From Patescibacteria group bacterium (lineage in GTDB: Bacteria > Patescibacteriota > Patescibacteriia > Magasanikbacterales > GWA2-37-8), in contig JBAZNA010000001.1 in NCBI GenBank assembly GCA_041649475.1, positions 264,612 to 328,611 on the forward strand: DNA of 64,000 nt, in the 5' to 3' direction. The notes under the pieces are model-generated. The model worked only from the letters and a program-made list of their open reading frames with translations. It made no database searches and was not told where the DNA came from. Position numbers and translations under genes: made by a program. This document shows, in pieces, positions 57,770 through 64,000 of this stretch. Positions within the stretch are counted from its first letter, which is position 1, and each line of letters begins with the position of its first letter.

Positions 57770-60700
57770 ATGTATCTAAAACGTTTGGAAATAAGGGGGT
57801 TCAAATCCTTTGCCGAAAAGACGGTTTTGGAATTTTTGCCGTATAAGAATAATAGGAATAGCGTTACTGTTATTGTCGGTCCGAACGGCTCCGGCAAATC
57901 AAATATTTCCGACGCGGTGAGATGGGTGATGGGCGAACAAAGCTTGAAAAATTTGCGGGGAAAGAAAAATGAGGACGTAATTTTTAGCGGTTCCGAGACC
58001 AAAGGCCAGCTCGGCGCGGCCGAAGTGACCATGACTTTGGATAACGGCGACGGCCGGCTGCTTTCAGATTATCCGGAAATCATCATTACCCGCCGTTTGT
58101 ACCGGTCCGGCGAAGCCGAATATCTGGTCAATAATAATGCGGCGCGTTTGATAGACATTCATCTGCTTTTGGCCAAAGCCCAGTTTGCCCAGCATTCATA
58201 CAGCGTGGTTGGCCAGGGTATGATTGATAAACTGCTCACGGTCGGGCCGGTGGAAAGAAAAGATTTTTTGGATGAGGCGTCCGGTATAAAAGAATTTCAA
58301 ATCAAACAGCACCAGGCCGAACTCAAGCTGACGCGCACGACCGAAAATGTGGCGCAGGCGGAGCGGCTGATGCAGGAGGTTGAACCGCGTTTGAAAATTT
58401 TATCCAAACAGGTTAAAAAATTGGAAAAACGGCAGGAGGTGGAACTGAAACTGCGCGAGATGCAGGAGAAATATTATGCTTCAATATATTTGACCAATAA
58501 AAACGAGCTGGACGGCTTGGTTGAAAAATTAAATCTGGTTGAAAATTCATACCGCGGCGCTTTTAAGGAATTGGAGGATATTCAGAATGAATTGGCTGTT
58601 TTGGCCCGCGCTTCCGGCAGAGGGGACGCGTTTAATGAATTGCAATCCAAATTTCAGGTTTTAGCCAAAGAAAAAAATGATCTGGAACGCCAGCTGGCCA
58701 TAAAAGACGGGCAGACGCACGCGCAATATAACGCGGCCGGAAAACAAAATGTCAGTTGGACGCAAAATAAGATTGCCGAATTAAAACTTCAGCACGATTC
58801 TTTATCCGGGCAGATGGCGGCCACGGCAACGGAAATAAACGATGCCAATCGCTTGGTTCTGGAGCAGAAAAATTTGCTGGATCAGATTACCAAAGAAAAA
58901 ACTGAAAAGCAAATAAAAATTTCGGATTTGGAAAGACAGGTAATGCAGGATCAATCAGAACAGCACTACCGGCAGTTTACCGGACTTCTCGCCGTGCAGG
59001 CGGTTTTGGAAAACAAGGATAAATTCGGCAAGGTTTACGGATTAATTTCCGAGCTGGGTGACAGTGAAGAAAAATTTCGCACCGCCCTTGAGGCCGCGGC
59101 CGGATCATATTTGTCGGCAATCGTGGTTGAAAGCGATGACGTGGCCGGACGCGCAATAGAATTTTTGCATACAAACCGGTTGGGGGTTGCGACTTTTTTA
59201 CCTTTAAATAAAATAGTGCCGAAGGGTAGTGAAAATATTCATAATCTTTTGTCCCAACCGGGCGTCTGCGGGCTGGCTTCGGAATTAATAAGATTTGAAC
59301 CCAAACTTAGCAATATTTTTTCTTTTGTTTTTGGCCAGACCATCGTGGTGGAAGATTTGGCGGCGGCCAAACGTATCGGCATCGGTTCGGCGCGGATGGT
59401 AACGCTTTCCGGCGATGTGATTGAGAAAACCGGCGTGATGAAAGGCGGTTATCGCCAGGCCAAAAAAGCCGGACTGGGATTTTCCAGAAAATTATTATTA
59501 AGCCCGGATAAGTTTATTGAGTATCAATCGCAGATCAACGCCGGCCGTGAAGAGATTGCCGGATTGGAGACGAAATACGAAAAAGCCAAGACCCAGCTTT
59601 TTGTTTTTGAAACCAAGAGCCAGTCGGCCCATGCCAAATTTGAGGTCTTAAATTCGGAATTGAAAAATCTCGCGCAAGAAGTGGCCGGACTGGAACAGGA
59701 ATTATCGCTGTTTAATGCCGATCCCAAACAATATGATAAGATATTGGCGCAGCTCTTGGTTGAGAAAGACGCGCTGTCAGTGCAAATAAAAGCCAAGGAA
59801 GACACCTTAAATAAATTATCTGAAAAAATAGACAATTTTAATAAAGAGGAAGAAGACAAGAAGCAGAGAGTTTTTGCTTTGCAGGATCAAATGCAAAAAA
59901 AGCAGAACAAACTAAATGAAATTTTATCGGCGCGCAATGATTTGAAAATTGAAATTGCCAAACTGGAGACCAAACAGGATGCCATCGGCGAAGAAGTGCG
60001 CGCGGAAATGAATGCGGCGATTGAAGCAGTGGTGGAGAGAAAGCCGCCGACAGTTGAAGCGGAAAAAATTATTGAGACGGCCAATGAAATTCAAAAATTA
60101 AAATATCAATTGAGTTTGATCGGTGGAATTGACGCGGAAGTTGTGGAGGAGCATCAGCAGACCAAAGAAAAGTATGATTTTTTATCCGGCCAGATTGAGG
60201 ATTTGCACAGTGCCATGACAGATTTGGATAAAATGATTGTGGAACTGGATGAGGTCATGAAAAAGAAGCGGGCCGCGGCTTTTAAAAAAATCAGAAAAGA
60301 ATTTGATCGCTATGTGAAAATACTGTTCGGCGGCGGCAACGCGGATATGACTGAAATTTACGGTGAGCCGGAAAGCGAGGCAGATGAAGATTTGGCCGGC
60401 GCCGAAGGCGAGCTCCCAGAAGAAAAAGTTGTGAGCAAACGAAAAGAAAAAATATTAACCGGTATAGATATTTCCATAAACCCGCCGGGCAAAAAAATAA
60501 AACATATCAATACGCTTTCCGGCGGCGAACGCACCCTGGCCTCAATTGCTTTGATCTGTGCGGTCTTAAATTACAATCCGTCTCCGTTTGTGGTTCTAGA
60601 CGAAGTTGAAGCGGCGTTAGATGAGACCAATACCAGGCGTTTTGTCCAGATTTTATCCGAACTGTCCGAGCATTCTCAATTTATTATCATCACCCATAAC

Positions 60701-60835
60701 CGGGTGACCATGCACAGCGCCGATGCCCTTTATGGCGTGGTTATGGGTGGGGATGGCATATCTAAGTTACTTAGCGTAAAAATGGAAGAGGTAGGGGTCG
60801 CCCGAGGCGACCAAAGTATTGACAAAGCGGTTTAG
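57770..60835 (+). CDS. smc: Chromosome partition protein SMC
   Basis: N-terminal Walker A (GPNGSGKSN), long coiled coils, hinge, C-terminal signature LSGGE and Walker B (VLDEVEAALD). Confidence 0.9.
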   Translation: MYLKRLEIRGFKSFAEKTVLEFLPYKNNRNSVTVIVGPNGSGKSNISDAVRWVMGEQSLKNLRGKKNEDVIFSGSETKGQLGAAEVTMTLDNGDGRLLSDYPEIIITRRLYRSGEAEYLVNNNAARLIDIHLLLAKAQFAQHSYSVVGQGMIDKLLTVGPVERKDFLDEASGIKEFQIKQHQAELKLTRTTENVAQAERLMQEVEPRLKILSKQVKKLEKRQEVELKLREMQEKYYASIYLTNKNELDGLVEKLNLVENSYRGAFKELEDIQNELAVLARASGRGDAFNELQSKFQVLAKEKNDLERQLAIKDGQTHAQYNAAGKQNVSWTQNKIAELKLQHDSLSGQMAATATEINDANRLVLEQKNLLDQITKEKTEKQIKISDLERQVMQDQSEQHYRQFTGLLAVQAVLENKDKFGKVYGLISELGDSEEKFRTALEAAAGSYLSAIVVESDDVAGRAIEFLHTNRLGVATFLPLNKIVPKGSENIHNLLSQPGVCGLASELIRFEPKLSNIFSFVFGQTIVVEDLAAAKRIGIGSARMVTLSGDVIEKTGVMKGGYRQAKKAGLGFSRKLLLSPDKFIEYQSQINAGREEIAGLETKYEKAKTQLFVFETKSQSAHAKFEVLNSELKNLAQEVAGLEQELSLFNADPKQYDKILAQLLVEKDALSVQIKAKEDTLNKLSEKIDNFNKEEEDKKQRVFALQDQMQKKQNKLNEILSARNDLKIEIAKLETKQDAIGEEVRAEMNAAIEAVVERKPPTVEAEKIIETANEIQKLKYQLSLIGGIDAEVVEEHQQTKEKYDFLSGQIEDLHSAMTDLDKMIVELDEVMKKKRAAAFKKIRKEFDRYVKILFGGGNADMTEIYGEPESEADEDLAGAEGELPEEKVVSKRKEKILTGIDISINPPGKKIKHINTLSGGERTLASIALICAVLNYNPSPFVVLDEVEAALDETNTRRFVQILSELSEHSQFIIITHNRVTMHSADALYGVVMGGDGISKLLSVKMEEVGVARGDQSIDKAV

Positions 60836-60888
60836 ACGTAGTATATTAACCGCGCTCTCAAAACTGTCACAGGATTAAATAATATATT

Positions 60889-61356
60889 ATGTTAACTATC
60901 AGATTACAAAGATTGGGCAAGAAAAATTATCCGACCTATCGTTTTATAATTTCCGAAAAGACCCGCGATACCCAGGGCACGTTTTTAGAAACTCTAGGAA
61001 ATTTTGATCCGCATAAAAAAGAAACCGGATTGGTGCTGGATGCGGAGAGAGTTAAGTATTGGCTGGGCAAGGGCGCACAAACATCAAATACTGTCCATAA
61101 CATATTGATGAAAGCCGGAATTATAACCGACGGCAAGAAAATGAAATCGGTTTATATTTCCAAGACCCGCGCGGTTAAACTGGTTGAAAAGAAAAAAGTA
61201 GTAGCAGAGCCGAAGGCGGCCGCGGAACCGAAGATGGAAGTGAAACCGGAACCTGCAGCAGAAGTTCAACCGGAAGCGCCGGTCGCACCGGAAACTCCGG
61301 TAGTTCCGGAAACTCCGACCACACCAACTGAACCACAAACAGCAGAACCAAAATAG
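60889..61356 (+). CDS. rpsP: 30S ribosomal protein S16 with Pro/Glu/Ala-rich C-terminal extension
   Basis: MLTIRLQRLGKKN.P.YR.. is the canonical bS16 N-terminus. Confidence 0.9.
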   Translation: MLTIRLQRLGKKNYPTYRFIISEKTRDTQGTFLETLGNFDPHKKETGLVLDAERVKYWLGKGAQTSNTVHNILMKAGIITDGKKMKSVYISKTRAVKLVEKKKVVAEPKAAAEPKMEVKPEPAAEVQPEAPVAPETPVVPETPTTPTEPQTAEPK

Positions 61357-61392
61357 GTCGATGGGCTGCTTTAAAAATTAAGATTTTGAAGA

Positions 61393-61731
61393 TTGAATAT
61401 GGAAGCTGATCAACAGTACGTGGAGACAATCGTGAAAGCGATTGTCAATCATCCTGAGGATGTGAAAACCACACGCATTATTGATGAGCGAGGAGTACTT
61501 ATCACCCTGGATATCAATCCGGCTGATATGGGTTATGTCATTGGCCGACAAGGCCAGACCGCCCGCTCCATCCGCACCCTGCTCAAGATTGTTGGCGCCA
61601 AGCACAATGCCCGCGTTAACCTGAAAATCAATGAGCCGGCCGGTGGCAGAGCCCCTCGCATGAATCACGATGATCATGATCATAGTCATGATGTGGTGGA
61701 CACAAGTGCAGTGGATAACCTGAACATCTAA
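61393..61731 (+). CDS. KH-domain RNA-binding protein (YlqC/UPF0109-like), with a His/Asp-rich C-terminal tail
   Basis: GxxG KH motif in VIGRQGQTARSIRTLL. Conserved position immediately downstream of rpsP. Confidence 0.7.
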   Translation: MNMEADQQYVETIVKAIVNHPEDVKTTRIIDERGVLITLDINPADMGYVIGRQGQTARSIRTLLKIVGAKHNARVNLKINEPAGGRAPRMNHDDHDHSHDVVDTSAVDNLNI

Positions 61732-61747
61732 AAGTTTCAAAATAAGA

Positions 61748-61771
61748 TCGGCCGCCTAAAGCGGCCGGTTT
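61748..61771 (+). terminator. Intrinsic terminator after the KH gene (CGGCCGC-CTAAA-GCGGCCG then T4)
   Basis: Read directly. Confidence 0.6.
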
Positions 61772-61868
61772 TAATTTGTAAGATAATTTTTATAAAAAAA
61801 TATGCGCTCCGTCTTTGTCTCGTGTGAGATTTGGACGAAGCGCGTGTCGTGCCTCCTTGTGGCTACTG

Positions 61869-62450
61869 CTAGACCCTGTGAGCGTAGGCCTTGATGGCTT
61901 TGGGGATGATCCCCGTGCGGTGCGGCTCCACGGTGTTTTCGGGCAACTGGTCCACCGGGTACCAGTCGTGCCTTTCGTCTTCGCGCGGAGAACCGTCGCA
62001 GTGGACGAGGTAGATCCTGGAGACGCCGGAGCCGCGGATCTCGCCTTTCTTCCAGTCCACGTATTCGCCGATGTACCGGAAGGAGATGATCGGAGTGCCA
62101 AACTCCCGCTCAAGGCGGTTGGCCACATCACGTTCGGTCTCGCCCGGCCGGAAGGCCGACCCGGGCGCATGCCACTCGAGCGGGTAGACCTCATCCGCCG
62201 CGCGCTTGCGCAGATAGATTTCGATCTTGGTGGTGGAGGGGTTGACCCGGAGTGCCACACCCTCAAAGAACATATTCCACGAGAGCCGGGCGATCGCGTT
62301 GTAGAGGTTGGTGCCGTAGGGCTTGTACGGATCGAGTCCGTTGAGCACATCCGCGGCGAATTCCCTGTATTCCTTGCTATCTGGGCCGAGACCCGCAAGC
62401 AGTTTGAGGGCTTCCTCAAGGATGCGCTTTGCATAACCCTTGTCCAACAT
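61869..62450 (-). CDS. Hypothetical protein in a ~60% GC island; possible divergent Nudix-fold protein
   Basis: Strong SD GGAGGA upstream and GC far above the flanks. The segment APGSAFRPGETERDVANRLEREFG loosely resembles a Nudix box (G.E......A.REL.EE.G) but is one residue short; low confidence in the family call. Confidence 0.55.
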   Translation of the reverse strand: MLDKGYAKRILEEALKLLAGLGPDSKEYREFAADVLNGLDPYKPYGTNLYNAIARLSWNMFFEGVALRVNPSTTKIEIYLRKRAADEVYPLEWHAPGSAFRPGETERDVANRLEREFGTPIISFRYIGEYVDWKKGEIRGSGVSRIYLVHCDGSPREDERHDWYPVDQLPENTVEPHRTGIIPKAIKAYAHRV

Positions 62451-62574
62451 CGTGTCCTCCTTGTCCCTTTTCTGAATAGGGAACCGTATAGTTTAATACA
62501 AAATACTTGAGATGTCAAGAATACTTAGTTTAATCATAATTGATTTTTTTATCTAAAAAATATATACTTACTGC

Positions 62575-63231
62575 ATGAAATTTGATATACTCACAATTTT
62601 TCCGGAAGTGGTTGATTGCTATGGTCAAGCCAGTATTCTTGGCCGTGCCCAGAAAAAGAAATTGATAAAGGTGACTGCGCATAATTTTAGAGATTATACT
62701 TTGGATAAGCACGGTCACGTTGATGATCGACCGTTTGGCGGCGGGCCGGGCATGATTTTGCAAATCCAGCCAATTTATGATTGTTTAAAAAAAATTAAGG
62801 CGCGCAAAAAAACTAAGGGGCAGAAAATTATTATTTTAGATCCGGCCGGTAAAAAATTTGATCAAAAAATGGCAGAGAAATTCTCAAAGTTAAATAGATT
62901 AATTTTGATTGCCGGCAGGTATGAGGGTTTTGATGCCAGGATTTATAAACTGGCTGATGAGCGTGTGTCAGTGGGGGATTATGTTTTAGCCGGAGGGGAG
63001 CTGGCGGCGCTTACAGTGGTTGAGGCGGTGGCGAGATTAATTCCCGGAGTTTTAGGAAATGAAAATTCTTTAAAAGAAGAGACATTTAATAAGAGCGCGA
63101 AAGCGGAAATCCAAAAAGAATACCCTCAATACACCCGGCCGGAAAATTTTAAGGGACAGAAAGTGCCGAAGGTTTTACTTTCCGGTGATCATAAGAAGAT
63201 TGAAGATTGGCGAAAGAAAAATTCTATTTAA
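62575..63231 (+). CDS. trmD: tRNA (guanine37-N1)-methyltransferase
   Basis: MKFDILTIFPE... and the SPOUT-knot motifs (GRYEGFD, VSVGDYVL.GGEL). Confidence 0.9.
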   Translation: MKFDILTIFPEVVDCYGQASILGRAQKKKLIKVTAHNFRDYTLDKHGHVDDRPFGGGPGMILQIQPIYDCLKKIKARKKTKGQKIIILDPAGKKFDQKMAEKFSKLNRLILIAGRYEGFDARIYKLADERVSVGDYVLAGGELAALTVVEAVARLIPGVLGNENSLKEETFNKSAKAEIQKEYPQYTRPENFKGQKVPKVLLSGDHKKIEDWRKKNSI

Positions 63232-63454
63232 CTTCCCAGACCTTTCCGCAGGTGCATCGATGACTTCCATTTTCTCCAAAAATTGTAATGTTGTGCTTAT
63301 GCTTTTCATCATCCGGAAAACTTAATTCATGCTCCCTTGCCTTTTGGGCGACTTCCGCCTGGTTTTCACAAAGTTCCGGTTGTTCCATATCTTTAACTTC
63401 TATTTTACCGGATTCCTCCAAAATTTCTTCAATTGGATTGCCTTCTTCACTCAT
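63224..63454 (-). CDS. Hypothetical small acidic protein with C-terminal H..C.C zinc-ribbon-like motif
   Basis: ORF only; convergent with trmD. Confidence 0.3.
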   Translation of the reverse strand: MSEEGNPIEEILEESGKIEVKDMEQPELCENQAEVAQKAREHELSFPDDEKHKHNITIFGENGSHRCTCGKVWEVK

Positions 63455-63567
63455 AATTATTGATTAGAAAATAATGGACTTATTGTATAGATTTTTAGCT
63501 ATTCTGTCAATTAAAATTTCATAATAATTTTATCCCCAAATCATCCCCAGGGCTAAAATTAGCCCTC

Positions 63568-63596
63568 TTGACAGTTTTTCCCTCTCATGATAGTAT
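63568..63596 (+). promoter_or_regulatory. Candidate rRNA operon promoter (TTGACA-17-TAGTAT) ~320 nt upstream of the 16S 5' end, preceded by hairpin GGGCTAAAATTAGCCC
   Basis: Read directly. Confidence 0.5.
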
Positions 63597-63914
63597 TTTG
63601 AGTGCGCTAATGATTAACCTCAAACACCGCAAACAAAGCACCTCATACAATTCGTTAATCTTCTAAGTCCCGAAAGGGATACTGGAAAGAGAAAAGAGCA
63701 ACTCCAAATTGGGTTTCTCTTTTTTCTTTCTCGCAAAGGCCGCCTAGAGGTGGCACAAGAAAGAAAGTGAACCTTGACAACACAAACGTGACAAAGACCA
63801 TATTAAAGTCTATTCAAACCAAACGGTTAGGCGCGATTCGTCGCGCCGTACCAAACAGTAACAGTAATAAATCCAAACAAACTCGTTCATATGAACGAGA
63901 TCAACTCTTTTTTA

Positions 63915-64000
63915 AGAGTTTGATCCTAGCTCAGGATGAACGCTGGCGGCGTGTTTAAGGCATGCAAGTCGGGGGACGGCCTTGTAGCAATACGAGGTAC
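63915..64000 (+). rRNA. 16S ribosomal RNA, 5' end (continues beyond the window)
   Basis: AGAGTTTGATCCTAGCTCAGGATGAACGCTGGCGGCGTG matches the universal 16S 5' end and the 27F primer site. Confidence 0.9.

Noticed and set aside
63455-63914. Possible tRNA or sRNA in the rRNA leader
   Set aside because: It contains only a promoter-like element and processing-stem palindromes (GGCGCGA-TTCG-TCGCGCC; CTCGTTCATATGAACGAG); no cloverleaf was found.
1-64000. CRISPR arrays, Cas genes, restriction-modification, toxin-antitoxin or retron/DGR reverse transcriptases
   Set aside because: No direct-repeat arrays, no YxDD reverse-transcriptase motifs and no DNA methyltransferase (DPPY/NPPY) motifs were found by eye. 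Both methyltransferases look like small-molecule or RNA class I enzymes.

Overview
Low-GC (~40%) bacterial chromosome segment, almost entirely housekeeping genes. The gene content and architecture look like a Candidate Phyla Radiation / Patescibacteria (Parcubacteria-like) genome. Pointers to this: rplK is not followed by rplA, several ribosomal proteins (L31, S16, L25) carry lysine/proline-rich tails, a GT39 membrane glycosyltransferase is present, AspRS is truncated, and TGnTATAAT extended -10 promoters recur. This is an inference and no database search was possible.

Recognisable genes include uvrA (5'-partial), rplS, gmk, an RluA-family pseudouridine synthase, queA, rplK-nusG-secE, gyrB, a SEDS (FtsW/RodA) protein, rplY, prmC, prfA, rpmE, rpsB-tsf, a lower-glycolysis cluster (gap, pgk, eno, two tandem gpmI), aspS, scpAB, a D-Ala-D-Ala carboxypeptidase, tyrS, argS, a sensor histidine kinase, bactofilin, ndk, gpsA, a class B PBP, murF, mutM, SOD, Hsp20, VanW, clpP, nrnA, smc, rpsP, a KH protein, trmD and the 5' end of a 16S rRNA gene. 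Two tRNAs are present: an Ile(UAU)-like tRNA and tRNA-Leu(GAG). No CRISPR array, restriction-modification, Cas or recognisable defence operon was seen.

The most unusual content is three short high-GC (~60%) single-gene islands, each with a strong Shine-Dalgarno sequence and its own GC-rich hairpin, set into AT-rich native DNA:
- a Nudix hydrolase at 7527-8060;
- a class I SAM methyltransferase at 40832-41740;
- a Nudix-like protein at 61869-62450.
Two of them sit where rplA and rimM would normally be. The methyltransferase island and the Nudix-like island share an identical 14-nt RBS-proximal junction (AAGGAGGCACGACA), which suggests they derive from one foreign two-gene cassette.

Other notable items:
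- a free-standing double-motif LAGLIDADG homing endonuclease whose stop codon overlaps tRNA-Leu;
- a DHH/DHHA1 paralog with all catalytic motifs substituted, alongside an intact nrnA;
- an AspRS lacking the GAD insertion domain;
- a Thr/Ser/Ala-rich Fn3-repeat surface protein;
- a candidate promoter-driven ncRNA downstream of clpP;
- a perfect palindrome operator over the smc -10.
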